Shown here: positions 1 through 10,428 of the stretch, in pieces
Layout of the letters: every line of letters begins with the position of its first letter
Position numbering within the stretch: the first letter of the stretch is position 1
Assembly (NCBI GenBank): GCA_977018835.1
Contig: OZ361261.1
Location: 620,001-684,000 of the forward strand
Origin: Minutocellus sp. GHC0000111
Lineage: Eukaryota
DNA length: 64,000 bases
Direction: 5' to 3'
The notes under the pieces: model-generated
Database searches by the model: none
What the model saw: the letters and a program-made list of their open reading frames with translations, nothing else
What the model was told of the DNA's origin: nothing
Made by a program: the position numbers and the translations under genes

Positions 1-2
1 AA

Positions 3-2357
3 ATTCTGAGCTTGACCTCTGCTGGCGTCAACATCCAGACGCTGGCTCTCAGCAATATCTGTGAGGAAGATTTGAATACTTTGGTTGCAGATACTCTGTA
101 TCTTTCACCCTTTGTGACACGCTCCCTTTCTAGGGCCGTCCAAAGCAAAACTGGAGGCAACCCACTTTTCTCTCTCCAATTCATCTGCTCGTTGGTGGAT
201 GAGAATCTGCTTCATTATTCCGCTAAACTACGTCGTTGGCAGTGGGACATCGAGGAGATCGACGCCAAGGATGTTGCAGACAATATTGTAGACCTTTTGA
301 CTGAAAAGATGCTGAAGCTATCCCCTGACGCCCAGTACTTACTCAAGGTCTTGTCATGCCTTGGTTCGCGATGCGAAATGTCAACCATTCACGCTCTCTG
401 TTCCGACGGAAATTCTCCCACCAACCCAGTTCTCGAAGAGATCATCGCCGAGGGATTCGTTAGCCGCGATCGAGCTTATTACAAGTTCAACCACGACGAA
501 GTGCAAGAAGCCGCATATGCCCTCATCCCATCCGAAGAGAGAGAATCGTTGCATCTGTCGATAGGCAAGCTACTTTGGAGCAAGATGGAGGGTCCCGCCC
601 TAGACTCTAGTCTCTACACTATCGCGGACCAGATTGGGCGCGGCATCAAGTTCATGTCCGACCACGACGAGAAGATCCGGTTTGCAGGTCTTTGCCTAAT
701 GGCGGGAAAGAAGGCAATGGCAAGTTCATCATTTTTGCCGGCAGCGATCAACTTACTCCAGGGCACAATGATGCTGCAAGACTCTGATTGGGACCGGGAC
801 GATTTAACGTATGATTTATGCCTTGATTTGACTTCGTCTTGTTGTCAGGCACAGTACGCGAGCGGAAATTACGACGGTGTCATGCTCTCTTCAAAGCCAA
901 TTTTCTTGCATGCTAGGACCTTGCAAGACAAGATGCGTGGACATTACGCCATCATGACTTCGCTTGCGGCTCAGGGGAAGCTATTCGATACCATCAAATA
1001 CGGCCTCGAAGTTCTTGATGGGCTCGGCGAATCCCTTCCGATCAACCCAAACAATCTGCATGCCCTCTTTGGTTTCGTCCGGACTCGTTTCATGGAATGG
1101 AAAGCTCGTCTCATCGGCGGAGTTACCGTTGATACGATCGCCAGTCTACCCGAGATAAGCGACCCCGACAAGGCCGCCGCGATGAAGCTGCTCTCGATTC
1201 TGGCTACACATTCCTTCATTGTAAATCAAGGTCTCATGGGACTAATGATCTTTCGCCAAGTTCAACTGTCTCTTTCGTATGGTATCTGCCCTCAGTCGGC
1301 CCCAGCCTTTGCCAACTTTGGCCTAGTCTTTTGCGCCTCTGGCGACTACGAGCAAGGCTATCGATATGGCAAATTGGCCCTTTCTCTCCTGGACAAATTT
1401 GATTCTAGGGCAAAGGAATACATTTCGCATGTGTATTGTTTGGTTTATGGCTTTATCGCAATTTTCGTCGAGCCTCTCCAGGCATGCGTGCCAGCATTTC
1501 AGCACGGCAATCAAGTCGGTTTGTCTGTTGGTGATATTGACTGGGCGCTAGTAAACGCTGGTACATACATCAACTGGGCATTCCAGGCCGGAAATAAGCT
1601 CGGACCGCTGCTCGACGAGACAAAAAGCTTCGTCCAGCAGATGAAGGATTACAAGCATTACTCCTACACTGTGACACTTCCCTACTACCAAACGATTCTC
1701 AACCTAGTTCACAGTGGCAACAATGATCCTACTACCTTGACAGGCGAAGCCATGAACCAAGAAGTCATTCTGAGAGAGGCCGAAGAGAGCAAACAGCTCC
1801 AAATTATTCACGGTGTCCATTTCTTCCGCATGTGGCTCGCGTACTTGTTCCGCAGATACGACATTGCGGCCGAAATGGTCGGTCTCATCCAGGAAGTGAG
1901 CAAATCGTTATCTCTGCGCCTCATGGCGATTGTCAACGAGACCTGGTTCATGGGCTTGGTCGCATTGCACATGTCTCGAACATCTCCGCAGGAAAGCGGC
2001 CGATGGAACAGCATTGCGAAGAGCTCGATTAGCCAGATGAAAACTTGGATGCGCAATTGCGAATGGAACTACTCTCACAAGTATCAGCTGTTGATTGCCG
2101 AGCAACTGTATGCGAACGGCGAAACTGTAGCAGCCGCCAAGGCATTTGACGATGCCATCAGCTTGGCAGAGAGCCATTCCTTCACTCACGATGCCGCAAT
2201 GGCCTGTGAACGGGCGTCCATGCTTTATCAAGAGTTTGGCAAACAGGATAAGGCAGCGGAATATTTGCAACGGGCACGCGATGCCTACGAAAGCTGGGGG
2301 GCTTCTCGCAAGGTTCAAGATGTCGATGAGCGAATGATGCAATTTTTGGCTAAGTAG
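3..2357 (+). CDS. C-terminal part of a predicted ATPase / TPR-like helical repeat protein (COG3899-like; 5' end outside the window)
   Basis: Frame is open from position 3. Motifs SKTGGNPLF, RRWQWD, YKFNHDEVQEAAY and LHLSIG, then a long helical region ending AYESWGA, match the AAA-ATPase multi-sensor architecture. Confidence 0.8.
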   Translation: MLSLTSAGVNIQTLALSNICEEDLNTLVADTLYLSPFVTRSLSRAVQSKTGGNPLFSLQFICSLVDENLLHYSAKLRRWQWDIEEIDAKDVADNIVDLLTEKMLKLSPDAQYLLKVLSCLGSRCEMSTIHALCSDGNSPTNPVLEEIIAEGFVSRDRAYYKFNHDEVQEAAYALIPSEERESLHLSIGKLLWSKMEGPALDSSLYTIADQIGRGIKFMSDHDEKIRFAGLCLMAGKKAMASSSFLPAAINLLQGTMMLQDSDWDRDDLTYDLCLDLTSSCCQAQYASGNYDGVMLSSKPIFLHARTLQDKMRGHYAIMTSLAAQGKLFDTIKYGLEVLDGLGESLPINPNNLHALFGFVRTRFMEWKARLIGGVTVDTIASLPEISDPDKAAAMKLLSILATHSFIVNQGLMGLMIFRQVQLSLSYGICPQSAPAFANFGLVFCASGDYEQGYRYGKLALSLLDKFDSRAKEYISHVYCLVYGFIAIFVEPLQACVPAFQHGNQVGLSVGDIDWALVNAGTYINWAFQAGNKLGPLLDETKSFVQQMKDYKHYSYTVTLPYYQTILNLVHSGNNDPTTLTGEAMNQEVILREAEESKQLQIIHGVHFFRMWLAYLFRRYDIAAEMVGLIQEVSKSLSLRLMAIVNETWFMGLVALHMSRTSPQESGRWNSIAKSSISQMKTWMRNCEWNYSHKYQLLIAEQLYANGETVAAAKAFDDAISLAESHSFTHDAAMACERASMLYQEFGKQDKAAEYLQRARDAYESWGASRKVQDVDERMMQFLAK

Positions 2358-2586
2358 CACATCACTCGTCAGCATACGTATGATAAATAACTGCATAGAG
2401 ATAGAGCTACTAGCTAGTAGGCTTGAGAGTTTTCACTTTCATGATAATGCTGTTGTATTTTTATATTGCTCAACGCTACACGTGTATTCTCTTTGTTACC
2501 ACGAGGTATTAAGCAAGCCCCATATCCCACCCCTAAATCATTTCAAAACCCGCTCAATTTGGCTCAAGTCGAGTAAATAGCAGCCA

Positions 2587-3315
2587 TTATGATTCCTTCA
2601 CCTTGAGACTTATCTTGTCATTGCACAAAGGACATGTTGGGCAGCCCCTCTTATTACATGACCTGGTACCCGGCGGGGCAGTCACAAAGGTTCGAGCCCA
2701 GGATTCCACGCACGCGGGATGAAACCGATGACCACACCTTGGCAATACCTTGACTGCATCATTCGATTGATATTCCTCAAAGCAGATTGCACAGGTATCG
2801 CTTTGCATCGCTTTATATTTTCGAACATAATCAAGGAGCTCCGCTTTGTCGATATGAGAATCTCTCATTGCCCTCAGCCAACCAGCATCACAGCCACTTC
2901 TTGGCCGCTTCATAGCCAACATTGTTCGCAACTCTGGAATAGAACAACTGTTCAAATCTGCATCGGTGACATACTTTTCGACCGGAATGTCTTCCATAAT
3001 TCTTGTAATATCCTCGTTACAAATCTTGGGAAGATGGCGTGTTGCTTCTACGTCTTCATTGCCTCTAGTCGCCTCGGCGGCTCGAAGGACGCCATAAGTT
3101 ACCAAGAGGTAAGCACATGCAGAGCAGCATATTGCCGAGGGAATGGAGAAATTAACTCCTATCACCAAACCAGAAGAAAGCGCTCCGACCCCGTAAACTA
3201 GGAGTAACATGAGGTGCAAATCGCGCCGAAGTAGCGTGGCGACATGTTGCAGATCCTCCAAAACATCGTTCATCGTGCTATTGACATGTTGCAGATCCTC
3301 CAAAACATCGTTCAT
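2587..3315 (-). CDS. RING-H2 zinc-finger protein (putative E3 ubiquitin ligase) with N-terminal hydrophobic segments
   Basis: CAICFEEY...LPRCGHRFHPACVESW...CPLC is a C3H2C3 pattern; two hydrophobic stretches lie near the N-terminus. Confidence 0.8.
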   Translation of the reverse strand: MNDVLEDLQHVNSTMNDVLEDLQHVATLLRRDLHLMLLLVYGVGALSSGLVIGVNFSIPSAICCSACAYLLVTYGVLRAAEATRGNEDVEATRHLPKICNEDITRIMEDIPVEKYVTDADLNSCSIPELRTMLAMKRPRSGCDAGWLRAMRDSHIDKAELLDYVRKYKAMQSDTCAICFEEYQSNDAVKVLPRCGHRFHPACVESWARTFVTAPPGTRSCNKRGCPTCPLCNDKISLKVKES

Positions 3316-3324
3316 TGTGCTACT
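3241..3324. repeat. 42-bp tandem duplication spanning the RING gene start
   Basis: gacatgttgcagatcctccaaaacatcgttcat(c/t)gtgcta(t/c)t occurs at 3241-3282 and 3283-3324, giving MNDVLEDLQHV twice. Confidence 0.95.
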
Positions 3325-3932
3325 AGTACCAATTGGTATCGTAAAGAATACCTCACTGGCGTTGCCGTTATACTATTGGTGTTAGACTTGGTTCTGCTAG
3401 CTAGTGGTGGTGTTTGCGTACGAGCTAACCTACCAGTGCTGGGCTCTTGTATGATGTATCGGCCAAGCCTGATCGATGGTGCTATTTTTGGGTGGAATTC
3501 CCTCGTCGATTGACAAAATGCGGCGATGCGATGATGTGTCAAGATAGATACGCAAATCAAAAACGCCGCGCGAAATATCGAACTAGATACGTATGTGGTG
3601 CAGGTAGAGAGGCAAATGATGCTATAATATGAAGGTTGGTATTGGTGGTGCGCTTTCTGAGTGTACCGGCGAATAATGCGTGCCGCCATTGTGAAAAAAA
3701 ATCACGTGGTCTACCTACTACGAGTAGGTACTTCCGGGAGGCGCAATTTTAAATTTTTGGCGGGTGCGCCATAGCAAGGTCTTGTTGGCGCAGCTTGAAG
3801 AAGAAATGATGAAGACCGCAATTCAAATTTTGACGAACCAGAAAAGAGTTCACACATACATACATGCTCTCTAATAGACCACTGTGCCAACTTCTGTCGA
3901 ATCAAAGCATTGATTGAATACTTCAGAGCAAC

Positions 3933-4505
3933 ATGGCCCTCAAACCTCCCTCGATTCGTCGAAGGAAGTACCACAAGAAAGATGATGGTGGAGACACCGT
4001 CTGCGACGACATTCTGTCCTCGTCGCAAATTGTCGAGGAGGCCCAGAGAGAGAATGTGTTGCACCGAGGACTTAGTGATTTGCTCATGGGATGCTGCACC
4101 GGTCTTGAGGTGGATGTCGGCGCTGACGAAAGCGACAATGCATTTGATATCAGCCGTGAGCTGGAAGAATTGGAGAAGGAAATTTCACTGGCGAAGGAGA
4201 TGAAGAAGAATGCAGAGGATGTTGAGACTGAAGCCAATTCACCCGGCGACAAGAAAGAATCGAACGACATGAATGTCGGCAGGAACACACCAACGAGTCC
4301 TCTGGGACCGCAAGCTGATGCCATGGGAGCAATATCCAGCGCAGTCTCCAGCAATACTAGTAGCAGCAGCCTCTTGTCGTCTTCGGCGTCTTGGACGGAA
4401 CAGATGTCCGAGTCTGTCGAATCAAACATAAAATTCTTGGTAGGCAGCTGCTCAAGCCGCCAGGTGCAGGCGGATTCTATTCCTAAGACTGCATTTGAGG
4501 TATAA
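3933..4505 (+). CDS. Hypothetical protein with a short coiled coil and Ser-rich region; may be interrupted near 4500
   Basis: 190-aa ATG ORF with protein-like composition; open frames continue after the TAA (4495-4683 and 4509-4694). Confidence 0.5.
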   Translation: MALKPPSIRRRKYHKKDDGGDTVCDDILSSSQIVEEAQRENVLHRGLSDLLMGCCTGLEVDVGADESDNAFDISRELEELEKEISLAKEMKKNAEDVETEANSPGDKKESNDMNVGRNTPTSPLGPQADAMGAISSAVSSNTSSSSLLSSSASWTEQMSESVESNIKFLVGSCSSRQVQADSIPKTAFEV

Positions 4506-4991
4506 GAGGTGTACAGATTGTCATACAATGGCTTTCACATCACAAATACGACCACTCAGCTGGTCCAAAAAAGGAAAAAACGCGTCTCAAGCGGAAGAAC
4601 AAGGAAGAAAGAAGCAGCCAATCCCGAGATCGAGAGCCACTCGCATGCACATTCTGGCGTCTTTCACTTTCACATTTCATTAATATTTACATAACACAAA
4701 CAGTAGATTGCAACATTTTCAGTAGATCACTTTCCTCTTCCTGTTGGGGTCAGTCATGCTTGCCTGCCCGCTACTTTTGCTTTCTCTCTCAGCATTCGTT
4801 ATTTTCTTGACGTACGTACGTACAATCATCACCGTTCGCTCAGAACCGTCCATCTCGGCCTGACCTCTCTCGCCATGCTCATGTCATTCCCCACAACACT
4901 GATTCACCAACGGCGTGGTGTGTACAACGGCATTGTGTAGCGCCAAGGGAGAAGAGCAGAGGCAACACATACACACTTGATCATTGGAAAA

Positions 4992-7643
4992 ATGCACTCT
5001 AAAATGTGGGCATCCAATGTGTTCGTCTCATTATTATGCCTCGCCTGCACCATCGACGCGTTCACAAGCCATCAGCGTCCTGCCAACCAACCACCCTTCA
5101 GTAGCACTCTACTCCGATCCACACCTTTTGATGCCTCGCTGTACGACGACAACGACGGCGCCGATGATCTCGCATCGTTGGCATCGGCCAACCCTTTTTC
5201 GGCGGATATTTCTCCCCTCGCTGTCTCTCCCGACACCAAACTCGTGCTCGGTTTGAACAAGTATTCGCATGATACCACCATCTGTGCCGCCGACGCCAAG
5301 ACAGGGGAGGTTCTGTTCGCCATGTCCAAGGAACGTCTCACCCGCAAGAAACACGATAGTGGCAACGTTGCATCTCTGGTAGAAAAGTGCCTCGATCAGC
5401 TCGACTTGGATCTGGACAGCATCGAGCGTGTCGTTGTGAACAATCATCATCACCGGGTTCTGCCAATAGAGGACGACTTGGGTGCCATTGAATGGGAGGA
5501 GGGACTGCAAATTAACGACGGTGCCGAAAACGGATACAGCGACGAGGAGAATCTGCTGAGCCACGCCGAGAAGATGGAAATGTCGCACCATCTTGCCCAC
5601 GCCTACAGTGCCGCGGCACAATGTCCCTTCGATTCGGGCATGGTGGTTGTTATGGATGGCATGGGTGAAACCTATCGGGCTATGCGTTCTGCTGCCGAAT
5701 CGGGAGAGGATCGGTACGTTTCGGATCTGCTGTTTGATGGAGAGTTCCAGTGCATCCCCTCCGACAATCGAGAGCGAAGCCAAAGCAGTGTCTTTGATTG
5801 GAGGGAAGGTGAATCTGTTTACACATTCTCGAAGGATGGCAAGGACATATCGGTCAAGCCCGTCTTCAAGCGCTTTGTGGAAGAGCGGACCCCTCCTGCT
5901 AGATACAACCATGGCTTCGAAAACATGGAAAGTGCCGGTGCTCTGTATAGTCGCGCTTCGTCGCATGTATTCGGGGACTGGAATAGCTGCGGAAAAGTAA
6001 TGGGTTTGGCACCGTGGATGGGCCATCGGTGGGAAGAGAAGGGTGGCATTGAAGCCGAACCCATTAAGGGGCCCATTATGTCCGGAAAATTATACGAAGA
6101 CGACGACCTCAAGATCGATAGAAGTTCCATGGTGGGAATGCCCCATATCGCAAGGACCGACCCAGATCTCTTTGACGAGGACGGCAACATGCGCAAGAGG
6201 TATGACTTTGATGACTACGATCCCAAGAAGTCATCGGCCAAGGAAGATACACCTTCCTCAGATGACGATGAGAGTGAAAACAAGGCTACATCGCAGCTTC
6301 CATCCCGTGTAGCCTTGGATGCAATTGCTCTATCGTCTAGAATACAAATTGATTTGGAAATAGTTGTGATGGATTTTGTCAAGCATTTTAAGGAGGAGAC
6401 AGGTCAGTCAAATCTTTGTATCGCTGGTGGAGTCGCTCTCAACTCCGTCCTTAACGGAAGGCTGAGCAGGGAGCTTGGTTTTGAGAAGACTTTCATTCCC
6501 CCTTATCCAGGTGATGATGGAATTGCCGTTGGTTGCTGTGCATATGGCTTGTTTGGCAACTCTGCACTCGACAAAGACAATAAAAAGCCCAAGGTAGATC
6601 TCTGGAAGGCCCCTCTGTCACCTTATCTGGGACCAATGCCCACGGAGCTCGAAATAAAGGACGCGATCGCCGATGCAGCATCTTGGCTCGAAGTGGAAAC
6701 AGTGCGTAATGATCAGCGTAGATTTGATATGATTGCACGAGAACTCGATGCCTCCGGTGTGGTAGCGATCTATAATGGTAGGTCCGAGATGGGACCTCGA
6801 GCACTTGGACATCGCAGTATTTTGGCTGACCCGAGAAAGAAGGGCTTGGTGCGATTCATCAATGAGGCAGTAAAATTCCGAGAAAGCTTCCGGCCCTTTG
6901 CTCCGAGTGCCCTCGCCGAAGAAGCCACCAAATGGTTCGATCTTGGAGCACCAGGAAGCAATGCGAGTCCCTACATGAGCCTCACTGCGCAGGTCAAGGA
7001 ATCCAAGCAAGCCCTAATTCCAGCCGTCACTCACGTCGATGGATCGTCACGATTGCAAACTGTAACTCCCGAGGCAGAACCGCTCTACCATCAGCTTATT
7101 GCGACCTTCTTCAAGCTCACAGGAGTTCCCCTTGTGCTCAACACGTCTTTCAATACGCTCCCCAGCGAGCCAATTGTTGAGACTCCTCAGAACGCGATAC
7201 GTAGCTTCTTGTACTCTATGGGTTCAATCGAAATGCTTGTAATGGGAGACTACATTATTCGACGGAAGGACTGCGATGTAAGAGCGCTGATGGGTGAAGT
7301 CACTAAGGCAGGTGAGATGGTCAAGCCACCGGCAATGCCTGTACGAGCTGGTGCATTCTCTCTCGAGTCGACTACAGAAATCGGCGAAACGGAAGAGGAT
7401 GTGCGTGTTGTGAATAAGGTTCGTATGCCCAGCCGTCCGATGCACAAGAGTGGTGGGAAGGACGATGGATGGTTTGAGCTATATCGGTCTCTGCTCTTTC
7501 CAAGTACGTCATCCAGGAGGGATGAAATTCGCGCGACGATGCGACTGGTTGGCGATCCGCTCACGTTATCAGAATCACCAGCACCAGCACCACCCTTCCC
7601 CTCCTTCTTTCCATATTTCATTGCCACTATGACAATTCCATAG
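4992..7643 (+). CDS. Carbamoyltransferase (NodU/CmcH family), plastid-type presequence; C-terminus after about 7481 probably non-native
   Basis: SHD, ERLTRKKH, HHLAHAYSA, DGMGE, GKVMGLAP, AGGVALN, GDDG, GPRALGHRSIL, KFRESFRPFAP, HVDGSSRLQT, LNTSFN. N-terminus MWASNVFVSLLCLACTIDA|FT; start at ATG 4992 or 5004. Confidence 0.9.
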   Translation: MHSKMWASNVFVSLLCLACTIDAFTSHQRPANQPPFSSTLLRSTPFDASLYDDNDGADDLASLASANPFSADISPLAVSPDTKLVLGLNKYSHDTTICAADAKTGEVLFAMSKERLTRKKHDSGNVASLVEKCLDQLDLDLDSIERVVVNNHHHRVLPIEDDLGAIEWEEGLQINDGAENGYSDEENLLSHAEKMEMSHHLAHAYSAAAQCPFDSGMVVVMDGMGETYRAMRSAAESGEDRYVSDLLFDGEFQCIPSDNRERSQSSVFDWREGESVYTFSKDGKDISVKPVFKRFVEERTPPARYNHGFENMESAGALYSRASSHVFGDWNSCGKVMGLAPWMGHRWEEKGGIEAEPIKGPIMSGKLYEDDDLKIDRSSMVGMPHIARTDPDLFDEDGNMRKRYDFDDYDPKKSSAKEDTPSSDDDESENKATSQLPSRVALDAIALSSRIQIDLEIVVMDFVKHFKEETGQSNLCIAGGVALNSVLNGRLSRELGFEKTFIPPYPGDDGIAVGCCAYGLFGNSALDKDNKKPKVDLWKAPLSPYLGPMPTELEIKDAIADAASWLEVETVRNDQRRFDMIARELDASGVVAIYNGRSEMGPRALGHRSILADPRKKGLVRFINEAVKFRESFRPFAPSALAEEATKWFDLGAPGSNASPYMSLTAQVKESKQALIPAVTHVDGSSRLQTVTPEAEPLYHQLIATFFKLTGVPLVLNTSFNTLPSEPIVETPQNAIRSFLYSMGSIEMLVMGDYIIRRKDCDVRALMGEVTKAGEMVKPPAMPVRAGAFSLESTTEIGETEEDVRVVNKVRMPSRPMHKSGGKDDGWFELYRSLLFPSTSSRRDEIRATMRLVGDPLTLSESPAPAPPFPSFFPYFIATMTIP

Positions 7644-7930
7644 ACGACCATTTTCATGAGTATCTTCGGCAAGACGCTGCCGGTATCGCCAGGCGCTTGG
7701 CGTCGGCGACGTCCCCGGCGGGAGAAGGGCATGCCAATTGGTGGCGGAGGAAGGGCAGCGTTGGCATCGCCACCAGCGGCGGCGACATCGGTGCTTTCCG
7801 CTACACCTGCGGCATGCCTCATGCGAGCACCGCGGCGGCGGAAACCTGAACGCGGCATATCAGCGGGGCGACGAGCGAGTAGTGTAGGTGGCCGGCGAGC
7901 CATGATGGCCGGCCCACGCCCACGGCACAT
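7481..7930 (-). pseudogene. Possible 5' fragment of an unidentified gene abutting the carbamoyltransferase tail-to-tail
   Basis: Minus-strand frame with a hydrophobic segment (ILMKMVVYGIVIVAM) runs into the antisense of the carbamoyltransferase with no stop at the boundary. Confidence 0.35.
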
Positions 7931-8068
7931 AGTAAAAATGGCAGCACCAACATGGAGGTGATTGCACAACACGTTAATAGCACAGGCTGGCATGCTCAAC
8001 ATATGACAGAAGTCAATCACAACACAGAACTCCCTACACGTAGACCAGATCTACAGTTACTAGTCTTT

Positions 8069-9337
8069 CTACGACGAATATAACGAATCCTTTGACTTGC
8101 TCGCATCAAGGGCCTTGAATTCTGGAGGTACTGCCACGCTAAATCGGCTGGCGAGGGACTTCATTGTTGTGGCAACAGATTCATGAAGGAGCACGCCATT
8201 ATCTTCTGCGTCTTTCTCAAATTTCTTCTCAGGATCTCCCGCCACCATGACATTCCCGTGCAAGTTGCGCATCTTTCCAAGATAATCTCCCATTCGTTCC
8301 TCGAAGCCTGGGGAATATCGCTTCGGATCAATGACGATGAAGCAGTGCCCGTAATTGATGGAACCATTTCTTGTGACAGACCAACTCTGCACATCCGGCC
8401 CTACGGCCGCTCCGCTCAAGACGGAAGACATGATCTCAACAAAAACGCCAAGCCCATAGCCTTTGTAGCCAGCAGTTTCTTCTCCGCCACCCAACGGATA
8501 TAGCCCTCCCACCTTGCATATTTCCTCTGGATCTGTACAGTTTTCACCGTTGCGATCAACACCCCATCCAGATGGAACTGGTTTGTTGATTCTGTGCATC
8601 ACCTCGATTTTCCCTACTGGTACAACTGTCGTTGCCATATCCAATTGAAAGTTGTCACCATTAGCCGCAGGAGCAAAGAAACAAAAAGGATTCGTGCCAA
8701 CAGCGCGAACTCCTCGAGCTCCAGTAGGGACGGCAAAGGGACTAGTGTTCGTAAAGCTCAAAGCAATGTAACCCTCATCTAAAGCCATCTTTGCCCAGTA
8801 TCCCGCAGCACCATAGTGATTACTCGAATGGCACACCACAATGGACACACCATGCTCCTTCGCAAGCTTGATGGCGGTATTCATGGCCAGCTCGGAAGTG
8901 ACTGCACCCAACCCATTCCTACCATCAACAACGGCACAGCATCCACTGGTGCGAGAGACGACAGGATTGGCCTTGCCGTCGACCAAACCCGCCTCAATTT
9001 CATTCAAGTAAGTATCGAGTCTATTGCAGCCGTGGCTGGGGATGCCCCGGGCATCGGCAAAGGTAAGGACCGATGCTACTCGCCGAGCATGCTCAGATGA
9101 GCACCCCGCATTTACTAGCACTTCAGCGAGGAATGCATCCAATTTGGACTGTTCGATGCGAACCGACGACGAAGAGGAAAGCCCAGCTCGAACGGCGTGA
9201 GTTGTATCTTCTTCCTCGCCACCACCAGCAAGGCGAGACGAGATGGCGCCGTAGAGGCGACGTATGAGAGGTGGGGCAAGGATGCCGATGGTGATGCCTG
9301 CAGCAAGCACCAAACTTGTGTCACTTTTGCTGGGCAT
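8069..9337 (-). CDS. Malate/L-lactate dehydrogenase, Ldh_2 family (ComC/AllD/YbiC-like)
   Basis: ADARGIPSHG, VDGRNGLG, SNHYGAAG, GTNPF, DMATT, GYKGYGL, GHCFIVIDP. Likely ATG at 9337, followed by an N-terminal hydrophobic segment. Confidence 0.9.
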   Translation of the reverse strand: MPSKSDTSLVLAAGITIGILAPPLIRRLYGAISSRLAGGGEEEDTTHAVRAGLSSSSSVRIEQSKLDAFLAEVLVNAGCSSEHARRVASVLTFADARGIPSHGCNRLDTYLNEIEAGLVDGKANPVVSRTSGCCAVVDGRNGLGAVTSELAMNTAIKLAKEHGVSIVVCHSSNHYGAAGYWAKMALDEGYIALSFTNTSPFAVPTGARGVRAVGTNPFCFFAPAANGDNFQLDMATTVVPVGKIEVMHRINKPVPSGWGVDRNGENCTDPEEICKVGGLYPLGGGEETAGYKGYGLGVFVEIMSSVLSGAAVGPDVQSWSVTRNGSINYGHCFIVIDPKRYSPGFEERMGDYLGKMRNLHGNVMVAGDPEKKFEKDAEDNGVLLHESVATTMKSLASRFSVAVPPEFKALDASKSKDSLYSS

Positions 9338-9450
9338 TTGATCAGAATTCGACTTTGAACAAGAGCGTGCTACAATTGTAACGAACAGGTAATGTTGCAC
9401 TTATCGGCTTCTTCGCCCTTCGACCAGCCGGCAGAAGTTCTGGTTGGTGC

Positions 9451-9482
9451 GCTGCTGCTGCGCTGCTGCTGCTGCTGCTGCT
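9451..9482. repeat. Interrupted (CTG)n microsatellite between divergent genes
   Basis: gctgctgctgcgctgctgctgctgctgctgct read directly. Confidence 0.9.
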
Positions 9483-9528
9483 CGCTCCTATCTTCGCCTC
9501 CGGGTCCCCAGACTCTGCCGTCACCTGG

Positions 9529-10428
9529 ATGCTATCTTGCAATCTGGATTCGATTCTGGATGCTGCCCATGATGGCGATGGCACGTTTCTCCTCCCATCT
9601 TTCGATTCAATGTCACCCATCAGCAGCTGCCCCGCCCGATTCCAAGCAGCCCACCGCGTCCTCGCAAACGAGCTATCTCGCCAAGGCTTTGATATCTGCC
9701 ATTATTTTCTCCCGCAATGGTACAACGATAGCATCTTCGCCGACGGCGTCTCGGTTCTCCCGCCTCTTCCCAATCCATCAATAACCGCGGCCTTCCTTGT
9801 TGGCAACACCAAGCGACTGTGGCCGATATTTATGGGTTGGTTAGAAGAGAAAAAGAAATTGGATGGGAAAGATACTATTTTGAAGAGCGATCCACTCGAC
9901 ACATACACCATGGAAACGATTGGCAAAGTAGTGGAAGAGAATAAATGGCACTTTGTACATGCAGGAGATAACCATGAATCTACTGGGGAGCCATCTTGCG
10001 ATATATTCTGGTCATCGGAAACGAGAGAGGATAGACTGATATCTATGCAGAGATTAGCGTCTGTATCAGGTCTTTGTTACCTAGACGAGGCATCTAATAT
10101 GGCCATCCATCCCACGTTTGGTCCTTGGCTTTCGTTTCGAGCTGCGGTATTGTTTCATGTTGGCGTCGTCGACATTGTTGGTGGAGAAGGCGATCATTCG
10201 AACCAGTCGTTGCCAATACCAGCTGCAAGATTGCTGAGCAAAGCAGAGGAGATGAACGCCAGGAAATTTGTGGAAAAGGCATTTGATAAGAACACTCCAA
10301 AGGAGGACGTGACCAAGTGCCTGATTGCCGCAAGAGATTCTGTGGTTCTTGGGAGAGATGAACACCGGTTCTCGGACGTGCAGTTGATGTATCACTATAC
10401 CATGGATGTAAAATATCTTTACCTGTGA
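9529..10428 (+). CDS. MMACHC: MMACHC/CblC-like cobalamin-processing protein
   Basis: GFDICHYFLPQWYN, AFLVGNT, DPLD and HPTFGPWLSFRAAV parallel MMACHC motifs GFEVYPFQVAWYN, DPVD and HPRFGGWFAIRG. Alternative start at ATG 9610. Confidence 0.75.
   Translation: MLSCNLDSILDAAHDGDGTFLLPSFDSMSPISSCPARFQAAHRVLANELSRQGFDICHYFLPQWYNDSIFADGVSVLPPLPNPSITAAFLVGNTKRLWPIFMGWLEEKKKLDGKDTILKSDPLDTYTMETIGKVVEENKWHFVHAGDNHESTGEPSCDIFWSSETREDRLISMQRLASVSGLCYLDEASNMAIHPTFGPWLSFRAAVLFHVGVVDIVGGEGDHSNQSLPIPAARLLSKAEEMNARKFVEKAFDKNTPKEDVTKCLIAARDSVVLGRDEHRFSDVQLMYHYTMDVKYLYL

Noticed and set aside
3241..3324. Direct repeats as a possible CRISPR array
   Set aside because: Only two adjacent units, no spacers, no cas genes, eukaryotic context.
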